Shown in pieces: positions 52,814-64,000 of a stretch of 64,000 nucleotides of DNA. Source of the DNA: Octopus vulgaris (taxonomy: Eukaryota); contig OX597821.1 in NCBI GenBank assembly GCA_951406725.2, positions 59,210,001-59,274,000 on the forward strand, given 5' to 3'. Positions within the stretch are counted from its first letter, which is position 1; each line of letters opens with the position of its first letter. The notes beneath the pieces are model-generated. The model had not been told where the DNA came from and made no database searches. It was given only the letters and a program-made list of their open reading frames with translations. The translations under genes and the position numbers were made by a program.

Positions 52814-53138
52814 TACGTGTATGTGTGAACCTTTGTCTTGACATCATGTGATGGCTGTAAGCAAGCCTCACTGCCATACAAGAGATGTTGTTCATTTCCA
52901 ATCTTATGTGAAAAACATGTCAAACCATGGGGAAATATCACCTTGCCTGGAAACAGGTGAAGTTTGGCAACAGGAATGGTATCTGGCCATAGAAAATCTG
53001 CCTCAATAAATTCTATCTGACTCATGAAAGTGTGGAAGAGTGGTGGCTCATGAAAGTAAATGGTGGTGGCAATGATAATAATGGTGATAATGATGATGAT
53101 GATGAGGACGACAATGACGACGATGACGATGACATCAT

Positions 53139-53170
<32 letters not shown>

Positions 53171-53409
53171 TCATTTAAAGCCCAATTCTCCATGCCTCCA
53201 TGGGTCAGTTGGAATTTGTTGAGGCAGATTTTCTGTGGCTGGATTCACATCCTGTTGCCAAGCTTCACTTATTTTCAAGCAAAGTAATATTTTCCCCATA
53301 GCCAAACATGTTTTCCATGGAAGACTGAAAAATGAACACTTTGAGTGTATGATGATGATGCTCATTTACAATCATCTCATGATGTCAAGACAAAGACACA
53401 CACAAACAT

Positions 53410-53452
<43 letters not shown>

Positions 53453-53999
53453 CATATCAAAGATGTGCCACCTGAGCAGGCAAAGTAGGTAGTGCCTACC
53501 TTGCATAAAATAGATCGATAGCAATATTTTCCTTTAATGGCAAAATATGCTCATAGTTCAATAAAATTATGAAGGTTACTCTGATTACTATGCATTTCTT
53601 ATGCAGTGTCAGAAATCCCAGATCTGGAATTATCCAGTAATTTTTTTTGCTAGTTTATTTTGTCTCTTTGTCTTCTCTCCCGGTGCTGTATGAACATTTA
53701 ATGTGGTTTTAGAGTCAAGTTTTGACTGCTATTTCCAGCTTGCTGGTATTTCTTAGATACCCTAAATTATAATCTTAAATAATTATTACATTTGAAGGTT
53801 TTTATTCCCATGCTGGCCACCTGATAAGATTGGTATTTAAATATCGATATTATCCTTATTTATATAAATTTATATATATATATATATAATTTCCAGGTTC
53901 AGTCCCACTGCGGGGCACCTTGGGCAAGTGTCTTCTACTTACTATAGCCTCAGGCCGACTAACGCATTGTGAGTGGATTTGGTAGACGGTAACTGAAAG

Positions 54000-54229
54000 G
54001 CGGCAAGCTGGCAGAATTGTTAGCATGCTGGGTGAAATACTTAGCAGTATTTCATCTGCTGCTACGTTCTGAGTTCAAATTCTGCTGAGGTCGACTTTGC
54101 CTTTCATCCTTTCAGGGTCGATTAAATAAGTACCAGTTACACACTGGGATTGATGTAATTGACTTAATCCGTTTGTCTGTCCTTGTTTGTCCTCTCTGTG
54201 TTTAGCCCCTTGTGGGTAGTAAAGAAATA
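54000..54229 (+). mobile_element. SINE B inserted into SINE A
   Basis: 12-bp TSD ggtaactgaaag at 53988-53999 and 54230-54241. The host SINE A resumes afterwards. Confidence 0.9.
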
Positions 54230-54248
54230 GGTAACTGAAAGCAGCTTG

Positions 54249-54312
<64 letters not shown>

Positions 54313-54529
54313 ATATGTGTGTGTGTCTGTGTTTGTCCTCCCAACATCGCTTGACAACCGATGCTGGTGTGTTTGCATCCCCGTAACTTAGCAGTTCAGC
54401 AAAAGAGACTGATAGAATAAGTCCTGGGGTCAATTTGCTCAACTAAAGGCAGTACTCCAGCATGGCCACAGTCAAATGACTGAAACAAGTAAAAGAGTAA
54501 AAAGAGTAAAAGATATATATATATATATA

Positions 54530-54687
54530 GGGAGAGTTCACAAAAAAAAACAAAAGACAAAGACAGGTGGTGTATAACGCTCAGGAATTGAAAAAGTCTT
54601 TTACGTTTCGAGCCTATGCTCTTCTAAAGAAAGGGACAATGAAAAAAACGAGGGAAAAAAATGTGTGTAGTGGCTACCGATCTATCA
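54530..54687 (-). mobile_element. Penelope-like pseudo-LTR (family P1) with degenerate hammerhead at 54598-54633
   Basis: CUUU-CUUUAGA-A-GAGC(AUAG)GCUC-GAAAC-GUA-AAAG. (TA)n on both sides. Confidence 0.7.
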
Positions 54688-54972
54688 TATATATATATAT
54701 ATATTAAATGCGAAATCACATGTGATATGTAACTGAATTCTTTTTTAAAATGATGTGTTTTGAAGTTTTGCATTCGGTAAAATTTTGTTTATTTTTAGTA
54801 GTTTTGACCGCATTGGTCCCCCTTAGCATGTTGGTATCTACGAATAGTAGTACCCTCAATATAATATAAAGGAATATTTTCAAAGAGGAAGAATTTACGG
54901 ATTTTTTCTCTTACGAGGTTTTTCACGCTGACTACTGATAATTTCTTTTAAAGATTTTATCCTTAATTGTTA

Positions 54973-55005
<33 letters not shown>

Positions 55006-55609
55006 TTTACCAACGTCACCTTACTGGCATGTGTAAAAGGATTCGAGCGAGGTCGTTGCCAGTACCGCCTGACTGACCCCCATGCTGGTGGCACGTAAAA
55101 AGCACCCACTACACTCTCGGAGTGGTTGGCGTTAGGAAGGGCATAGCTGTAGAAACTCTGCCAAATCAAGATTGGAGCCTGGTGCAGCCATCTGGGTCGC
55201 CAGCCCTCAGTTAAAAACCGTCCAACCCATGATGATGATGATATATATATAAATATACTATACTATACTATACTATACTATACTGTAATATAACATAATA
55301 TGATATAAAAAACTTATTATATTCAGCACTCAGGTGCATATATTTATATATGATGCAATAAACAGAGAGGAGCTTTTGCACCATGCAGAAACTGCAGGAG
55401 CAACGTGGTTGTATTGCAAGCTTTTCTTCTTTGGGTGATGACTAAAGCCATCACAATGTTGGAAAGCCTTCCATATCACCAGCAGGTCTCTCAGGCTTAC
55501 AAGTGTCTTCGCTCTCAGCCTGAATACATATATAAATATTTAGTCCAACTTGTGCCAACATGGAAAACAGATGCAAAACGATGACGATGACATTTATATA
55601 TGTAAGTAA

Positions 55610-55634
55610 GCGAATGTATAAATACATACATATA

Positions 55635-55670
<36 letters not shown>

Positions 55671-55710
55671 CACATATATATGTATGTACATATATATATA
55701 TGTATGTATG

Positions 55711-55756
<46 letters not shown>

Positions 55757-55883
55757 GTATATATATATGTATATATACATATATATATATACATATATAT
55801 ATAAATACATACATATATGTATGTGTATATGTATGTATGTATATATATATATATACATATGTATATATACATATACATATATG

Positions 55884-55962
<79 letters not shown>
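55610..55962. repeat. Compound (TA)/(TG)/(TACA) low-complexity tract
   Basis: Direct inspection. Confidence 0.95.
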
Positions 55963-55963
<1 letters not shown>

Positions 55964-57749
55964 AGAAGCTAAGTTTAGATTGAGAAGGTAGTGGTGTTAG
56001 AGTTTATGAAGTGCTTTATCGTTCACAATTTCCGACTAGCTCTTGTAAGAAATTCTTAAAGAACTTATCAAACCAACTTGTATCTACTAGGATAAAATAA
56101 TGAACTATACTGACTCCACTTCCAGTACTAAGATGGAAAGAAGGAAATTCCTACTAAATTTTTACTGGTAAATTTCTTGAATACATAGTTGTCTGTATAG
56201 GTTCAATGAAATGGCTTTCATGATCCACACCAGTGAAAACATTGCAAGTTAATTTGTTCTACTTACCTGAGGTAAGCTGACCAAAAATAGATTCTATTTA
56301 TGTGTTATAATGGTATGGTCTCTGTTTAGAAAAGGCATCATCCAGTTGGAAAGCATGTTTTTAGCATGGGAAAAAATAGTAAATGGATGTAAAGAGTGAG
56401 AAAAAAAAAAATGAAAGGAAATAAGAATTTGTTCAACCTGTTTATTAATATGAGTCATCTATGTTTTGATTTAAGAAAAATAAAAGTGAAGCTTTTAAAA
56501 GCCACAATGTGAGAGTGTCAGTGCTTACTTAACTCATGGTTTTGTAATATTTAATAAAGACCAAATTCCCATTTAAACTAGGATGCTGGTAGAACATTGT
56601 AGTCTGCTTGAAGCCTTGTGATAAAGAAGTAAAATAACAAAATGGTGAAGACAAAGAGCTTCTTAAAACATGAAAAGAGAAAAGTGTTTGAACCTTTATA
56701 TATTTCAAGAGCAAAAGCCCCACCATCAGAATTTAACAGTTAAGGAATGTTAGTCTGTTCCAGTGGTTACTCTTACTCTTTTACTTGTTTCAGTCATTTG
56801 GTTTCTTTTCCTAATATTTTACATAGTTCAAACTACACAAGTGAATGTGTGAAAAACAAAACAGGAATTTTGAAAGAAGTATCTATAAAACCAGTTTTTA
56901 AACATGAAATAGCTATTAGGGTCCACCAGAATAAAATAGTAATCAAAGAGGTTCATAGATAAAAAGTAGTTGAGAAGGTGCAGGAGTGGCTGTGTGGTAA
57001 GTAGCTTGCTTACCAACCACATGGTTCCGGGTTCAGTCCCACTAGGTGGCATCTTGGGCAGGTGTCTTCTACTATAGCCTCAGGCTGACCAAAGCCTTGT
57101 GAGTGGATTTGGTAGACGGAAACTCAAAGAAGCCCGTCGTATATATGTATATATATGTGTCTATGTTTGTGTGTCTGTGTTTGTCCCCCTAGCATTGCTT
57201 GACAACTGATGCTGGTGTGTTTAGGTCCCTGTCACTTAGCAGTTCAGCAAAAGAGACTGACAGAGTAAGTACTGGGCTTACAAAGAATAAGTCCTGGGAT
57301 CGACTTGCTCAACTAAAGGTGGTGCTCCAGCATGGTCGCAGTCAAATGACTGAAACAATTAAAAGTAAAAGATAAAAGAAAAAAGGTGCCTATATGTTTT
57401 TCAATGAAGTAATAAATGATAGTGAAGTAGTAGAATCTCAGTGTATGACTGGTATCTGTTTAATGTACCAATAACAAAGCCTCAATGTCTTTGCTTGACC
57501 AGCTTAAAATAGTAGATTGGATTTCCTCAAATTATACTCCACTTTTAAAAAAAGGACATGTTGGATAATGCAGTTCTAGACATCTGAAAAGAAACAAAAC
57601 AAATGGGATGGTCATGACTGGAATACCATTGATTATAATTTTGCTTGATCTGTGTTAACCGAGGGCTAAACAACAACAACAGCAACCATATAAAAGAGAT
57701 GAATGGCAGTGACCATCCTGGTGAATTTGAATACAGCAGTCATCCGTTT

Positions 57750-58412
57750 TTTCTGCCCAATATTCTCAGGAAGGTCACGGGAGCAGAACCCTCAGCACCT
57801 CCTCTATATGATCCTATCAGAAACAAGTGTGTCCAACTGAGACTTTGGATATTATCCAATCAATTCATTCTTGATTTGCCCCTAGGTCTTCTGCCAGTTG
57901 GCTTGGCTTGAAGAATTTGTCTTGCAATTATTTCCTGTGATCATCATCATCATCATCATCATCATTTAGTGTCCGCTTTCCATGCTGGCATGGGTTGGAC
58001 GGTTCAACTGGGGTCTGGGAGGCCAGAAAGCTGCACCAGGCCCAGTCTGATCTGGCAATGTTTCTACGGCTGGATGCCCTTCCTAACGCCAACCACTCCA
58101 TGAGTGTAGTGGGTGCTTTTTACGTGCCACCGGCACAGGTGCCAGACGAGGCTGGCAAACGGCCATGATCGGATGGTGCTTTTTACGTGTCACCAGCACA
58201 GAGGCCAGGCGGGGCTGGCAATGGCCACGATCAGATGGTGCTTTTTACGTGCCACCAGCACGATGTCTGGAGTACCAGTGCTGTGACCTCTGAATGGGGA
58301 GAAGTAGCAGCATGACCCAGAGAGACTTCCTGATCTCCAAGTTACACACCCTGTTGAGTAACATTACTCCAGGGACCCTTCAGAGGAATACCATTTTGGC
58401 CTCTTGTATTCA
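57750..58412 (-). mobile_element. RTE-clade (Expander/Rex3-like) LINE 3' remnant interrupted by a family C insertion (57940-58262)
   Basis: Minus translation gives IQEAKMVFL.RV.GV.LLNRV.N.EIRKSL...IQRSQ and ARQILQAKPTGRRPRG. Confidence 0.75.
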
Positions 58413-58589
58413 TGATAATACTCTTTTACTCATAGCTCAACATTCATGATCATAGGTGCAGGAGTGGTTGTGTGGTAAGAAGCTTGCTTCTCAGCCACAT
58501 GTTTCCGAGTTCAGTCCCACTGTGTGGCACCTTGGGCTAGTATCCTTGTGAGTGGATTTGGTAGATGGAAACTGAAAGAAGACAGTCAT

Positions 58590-60105
58590 ATCATCAACAT
58601 CATCGTTTAACATCCACCTTCCATGCTGGCATGGGTGGGACGGTTTGACAGGAGCCAGCCAGGCAGAAGCCTGTTTCGGCAGGATTTTTACAGCTGACGC
58701 CTTTTCTAACACCAACCACCCTGCAGAGTGGACTTAGTGCTTTTTATGTAGCACAAGCACATGTGAGGTCAGTTTTGGCAAGATTTTCACAGCAGGATGC
58801 CCTTCCACATGCTAACCACTTTACAGCATGGACTGGATGCTTTTTAAGTGATACCTGCACTGACAGGGTCACCATGTAACCTGCAAGACAAAAATCTTTT
58901 GAGAGGGGAGGGGGCATTGGGAGGAGGTGATCTTATGTCAGATGATGAAAGGTTATAGTGAGACAGAGAAACAGAAACAGGTGTCTTGCTGTAGAGGAAG
59001 TTCAAGGTTACCTAGCTGGAGTGAGAGAGAGAGACAGAGACACAGAGAGACAAGGAGAGATCATAAATGGGGATAGAAACAGGTGTGCTGCTGCAAAGGA
59101 GATACATGGTTACCCAGCCAGAGGGAAGTGCAGGAGAAGGTGAGAGAGAGAGTGGGAGACATCAGGATAGAGATGGTAGCAAAGTGCCAGGCATACTCAC
59201 AAAGGATGGGGAGCAGAACATAAATGAGATGGTTGAGTAAAGACATAATACAAGTGGCAGGATATTGCCAAAGAAGCATGAGGAGGGGAAGTGAGTGGTG
59301 AAAACCTAAGTATATAGAGTAGGGGAGGGGGCTACCGGATAACAACAATACAGAGAAACAGGGCCGTGAGGACAGGATTGGGGAATGAGAGGTAGGCATA
59401 GTGCATGAAGGAGGAAATGTGAGGAAGAGAAGAGATGTGGAGATGTAGATTGGTTTGTTGGGGTAGGATGTGTGAAAAATTTTCTTGTTATGCGTAGATG
59501 GAACAAACAAATTAGGGGCTAGCGAATAGCAATGATACAGTGGGACAGGGCTGAAAGGACAGGATTGGGGAGTGAGATTAAGTATAGTGGAAATGTGAAG
59601 AAGAGAAGAGATGTAGTTTGATTTGTTGTGCTAGGGTGTGTGAGAAGTTTTCTTGTTGTGTGGGTAGGACACGCAGCGATTCTAGAACTCAGTTTCGCTG
59701 ATGTGGGCAGGTCTTCTCAAGAACCTCATATTGCCAGACATCTTGGTCCATTGTCATTTCCTCCGTGAGGCCCAACATCCTGAGATTGGTACTTACCACT
59801 TCATCCCATGTCTACCTGGGTCTTCCTCTTCCACAGGTACCACTTCTTTATGCAGCTGTCCTCATTCATATGCATCACTTATCCAAACCAACATAGTCTT
59901 CTCTCTTGCATGCTATATTTAATTCTTCTTACGCCTAACTTTTCTCCCAATACATATGCATTTTGTCATACATGTGCACTGATGTTGTACATTGAACAGA
60001 GCATACTGCCTTCATTTCTCTCCAGTCTATGCACATCTGCATTCAGAGCCCATGTCTCACTACCATGGAGTATAGCCATTCATACATAAGAATCATACAG
60101 TCTAC
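58590..60105 (-). mobile_element. 5'-truncated RTE LINE (ORF C-terminus plus long 3'UTR ending in (GAT)n) inserted in a SINE A
   Basis: 59700-60105 gives RLYDSYV..AILHGSETWAL...RLERNE.SML...LGEKLG...ERRLCWFG...GRGRPR.TWDEVV. Host SINE halves at 58455-58590 and 60106-60370. Confidence 0.8.
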
Positions 60106-61118
60106 CTATATATACATGCATGTGTGTGTGTGTGTGTGTGCATGTATATATTTATGTGCATGTGTCTTTGTGTCTGTGTTTGTCCTCCCCCACCATCGCT
60201 TGACAACTGATGTTGGTGTGTTTATGTTCCCATATCTTAGTAGTTCAGTATAAGGCTTACAAAGAATAAGTCCTGGGGTCGATTTCTTCAACTAAAAAAA
60301 AAAACCCTTTACGGTGGTGTTCTAGCATGGTCACAGTCAAATGACTGAAACAAGTAAGAGAATAAAAGAATAGGCATGAAAACTGAAATGAAGCAAGTTT
60401 GACTTTTTTACCAACCTCTCCTGTCAGGTATGCAGTGAGTGTATTGGAATCAGGAAATGCCATGATATTTAGAAAAACTTGAGTGTTTGTAAAACATTGC
60501 ATCAGGGTACACAGTTTATCATAACTCGTGATAAACTTTGATGCATGCACCCAGCTATGTTTTAAAACAATTTTAATACTCATCTTTTAAAATAAGCTAA
60601 AAAAAAAGGTCCTATGGTGTGCACTTTTAGTGTCTTAATTAGTGTTCTGTGAATTGAAAAAAGGTTGAAATTTCTGTCTTAAATCTTTTATCAGCCTGTC
60701 TAAAACAGTTCTTAGTTCTATGATACAAAACTGTCCATTTTAGTGTTCATAGTTACATTAATTAATTAAATTAAAACTGTTAATCATAATTTAAAGCAAG
60801 AGTGTTTTGTAATTTTCTCATATTCTCAAACACTAGCACCATAATGAATAACTTAATTATTTAATTAAATCTTCCAACAACTTGATTACTTTAGGAATTA
60901 ATTGAAACATATGAGCAGTGAATATCATTAGAAATATGATTACAAAAGAGTTAAAGCTTTTAGCTGAAGGCTTAACTGTTTTTACTCTTCTACAACACTA
61001 ACTACTAACATGATACCAACTTCCTGCTCCATCAAACCTGCCAAGTTTAATTACAATTTGTCTTCATCATGTTCAAATTTTGGTTTTGTGAAGTTAAAAC
61101 TGAATATGGTATGTTTAA

Positions 61119-61328
61119 CCCTTTCAATGCTAACCTGCCTGGTTCTATGACACAAACTTTAAGTTTTAAAGAGAAGTGTATTAAAACCTTCCATCAAAAT
61201 TTTCTGTTAATTCATGTGTCAAACACCAGCTTAATAACGACAAAGCTATTTTACTAAGTTCTTCATTATATTAAGATTTAACTCAAAGTGAAGCAGTGCA
61301 TTTTAACAGAAATTTAGTGATAAAAGGG
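61119..61328. mobile_element. piggyBac-like MITE
   Basis: TTAA-CCCTTT...AAAGGG-TCAA. A related, more decayed copy ends aaagagttaa near 60954. Confidence 0.6.
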
Positions 61329-62739
61329 TCAACTCTTAACATCTAGTCCTATAATGGTTCCATTAGAGAATAGAAAATGAAGGACACAAGAAAGGGCTAG
61401 AGTTTTCTTCTTTACATTAAAGAATTCTTCACATCTTTCAAGATGAATGTCAACAAGGTTAGTATCATTCTTGTGATATTATGCTTTACAGGATTGGCTG
61501 ACTAATGCATTCTATGCAGAACTGTATCTTACAGGAAGTAAAGAGTTAATTTTGTTTTATGGGTATCTTGGGCAAGAGCCTTCCACTATAGCTTCGGTGG
61601 ATCAATGCCTTGTGAAGGAAGTTGGTCGACAGAAACTATATGGAAGCTCATCATGTGTGTGTGTATTTGTTCCACTACTACCACCACTTAACCAATGATG
61701 GTTTGTTTATGTATGTGTAACTTAGCAGTTTGGCAGAAAGGGTCTGATAGAACAAGTACCAGACTTGAAAACATAACTGCTCGGGCTGATTTGTTTGACT
61801 ACAGATCCTTCAAGGTGATGCCTCAGCATGGCCAGAATCCAATGACTGAAAGAAGGGAAAAGACAAAAGATAAAAAAATACAATTGATTTTACTTGTAAA
61901 ATACCAACCCTACTCTGTATGTGTATGTGTGTGTGTGTGTGTGTGTGATCGACTAGTTGGCTGGTTGTTGATTATCTCTTATCTTTTACTTGTTTCAGTC
62001 ATTGGAGTGCAGCCATTCTGGGGCATCACTTTAGTAGAACAGTTCAATCCCAGTGCTTATTTTATAAGCCTAGAACTTATTCAATTGGTCTTTTTTTGCC
62101 AATTTGCTAAGTTACAAGAATATAAACAAACCAATACTGGTTATCAAATGATGATTTGGTGTGTGGACAAACACATACATAAAGAAACACACACACACAC
62201 ACGCACACATGCACACACACGCACACACACACACATGTGCTAGTGGAATGTAAAATGCACCATTTGTGTGTGGCTGATTCCAGTGCCACCTGACTGGCTC
62301 CCATGCTGTGGCACATAAAAAGCACGATTCAAATGTGATCGATGCCAGGCCTACCTGACTGGCTCCTGTGCCAGTGGCACGTAAAAACACCCACTACACT
62401 CTTGGAGTGGTTGGTGTTAGGAAGGGCATCCAGCTGTAGAAACTTTGCCAGATCAGATTGGAGCCTGGTACAGCCTCCTGGCTTGCCAGTCCTCAAGCAA
62501 AGTGTCCAACCCATGGAAAGCAGACGTTAAATGACAATGATGACAATGATGATACATACATACACAACAGGCTTTTTTCAATTTCCATCTACCAAATCCA
62601 CTCACAAGGTTTTGGTCAGCCCATGGCTATTGTAGGAGACACTCACCTAAGTGCTATATGCAGTGGGACTGAACCCAGAACCCTGTGGTTGGGAAGCAAA
62701 CTTTTGTCTAGTAAAAGGATGTGAGATATCTTTAATATA

Positions 62740-63145
62740 TCATCATTTAACGTCTGTTGTCCATGCTGACATGGGTTGGACGGTTTGACTGGGTTGGCAT
62801 GTGGAAGGCTGCACCAGGCTCCAGTCTGATTTGGCATGGTTTTCTATGGCTGGATGCCCTTCCTAACGCCAACCACTCCAAGAGTGCAATGTATGCTTTC
62901 ACATGCCACCGGCACAGGTGTCATTTGCATGACACCAGTATCTGCCACATCTGCAATTTTGCTCAGCTTGATAGGTCTTCTTCTCAAGCACGTCTTGGTC
63001 ATTGCCTCTATGAAGCCTAACACTTGAAAGGAACTCGGCCTCTTTGCCTCTTAGAGGCTCATTGCTCGAAAGGAACTCAGCCACTTTGCCTCTGTGAGGC
63101 CCAACACTCAAAATGAGCTTAGCTACCTTGCTTCTGTGAGGCCCG
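62740..63145 (-). mobile_element. RTE 3' end (family C) with about 42-bp tandem reiterations
   Basis: Family C tail joined to repeated ttgcctctgtgaggcccaac units that match the RTE ORF end near 59760. Confidence 0.65.
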
Positions 63146-63492
63146 GGTGTGTGGCCTAGTGGTTAGAGCATATTACACTCGTGATAGCTAATCATAGGTT
63201 CAATTCCCAGACTAGGAAGTACATTGTGTTCTTGAGCAAAACACTTCATTTCACATTGTTCCAGTCCACACAGCTGTATATGGGTTAACCTGTGACAGAA
63301 TATCTTTCCAATCTGGGGGAATGTTGGCCTACTCACCTACCCAGTGAGTTGGTGCCATTTGAAATCTAACGCAATGGGAAGTGCATTGTGGCCAGCGGTG
63401 TATAACAACATCTGATAGTCTGCTTGATACCATGATACCATGATATTTATTTGATTATAAGGTAATAAGGGTGATATAATAAGTCTCTAGAG

Positions 63493-63842
63493 CAGTGTTT
63501 CTCAACCAGGGCCTATGTGGCCCCTGTGGGTCCATTTAGGGTTTTTGGGGTCTACGCAACAAAATAGTAAATCGAGGACCCACAGCAGTATTTTAAGGGC
63601 TCCTGAAAATATTTTGCTTTAGATATATGTATTGGTATGTATTGCAAGAATCAGTAAGGTTTCTTTCTCTTACATTTTACATTGTTCAACCTACACAAGT
63701 TAATGTGTGAAAAACAAACTAGGAATTTTGAGAGAAGTATCTCTAAAATTAGTTTTTAAACATTGAATGACTAATGGGGGGTCCACCAGAATAAAAGAGT
63801 TATCAAAGGGGTCCATAGATAAAAAATATTTGAGAACCCCTG
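63493..63842. mobile_element. hAT/Charlie-type MITE
   Basis: TIRs cagtgtttctcaa and ttgagaacccctg. Perfect 8-bp TSD ctctagag at 63485-63492 and 63843-63850. Related fragment at about 56800-56976. Confidence 0.9.
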
Positions 63843-64000
63843 CTCTAGAGTCATGGCTTATTGTATCTTATCCAATCTACTAAGTTTAAATCCTGCTAGG
63901 GTTGACTTTCTGTTGTGTCCTTCTAAAGGTAATTAAAGAAGTACCTGTAATACACTGAGGTTTGTACAATTCTTTGTGTTCTATTCTTTATCTTTTACTT

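Noticed and set aside
63000-63145. CRISPR-like spaced repeats
   Set aside because: Degenerate tandem copies of an RTE ORF end in eukaryotic DNA, with no unique spacers or cas genes.

Overview
AT-rich, microsatellite- and repeat-dense animal DNA. The SINE families and (TA)n/(CA)n/(TACA)n load point to an Octopus-type coleoid cephalopod (inferred, not proven). I recognise one convincing host gene: an intronless 71-aa XRN2-binding-domain (XTBD)-only ORF at 33577-33792. The rest is mostly mobile DNA: a full-length degenerate mariner (221-1511), a near-intact hAT of the Buster/Charlie group (2724-5633), a second decayed hAT, a maT-like Tc1/mariner (51597-52813), solo LTRs, a non-autonomous Helitron, MITEs, RTE/CR1/Tx1 LINE remnants and many tRNA-derived SINEs. 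The most unusual signal is a set of short non-coding elements, mostly (TA)n-associated, carrying type I hammerhead-ribozyme motifs like those of Penelope pseudo-LTRs. At least five sequence families are present and several copies are fold-back palindromes. One joins a tRNA-like Pol III head to a hammerhead (about 48056-48496), and one has hammerhead topology with a non-canonical core (29790-29840). CpG content of homologous repeats falls sharply after about 36 kb, suggesting the right half lies in a methylated gene body whose coding exons I could not identify.
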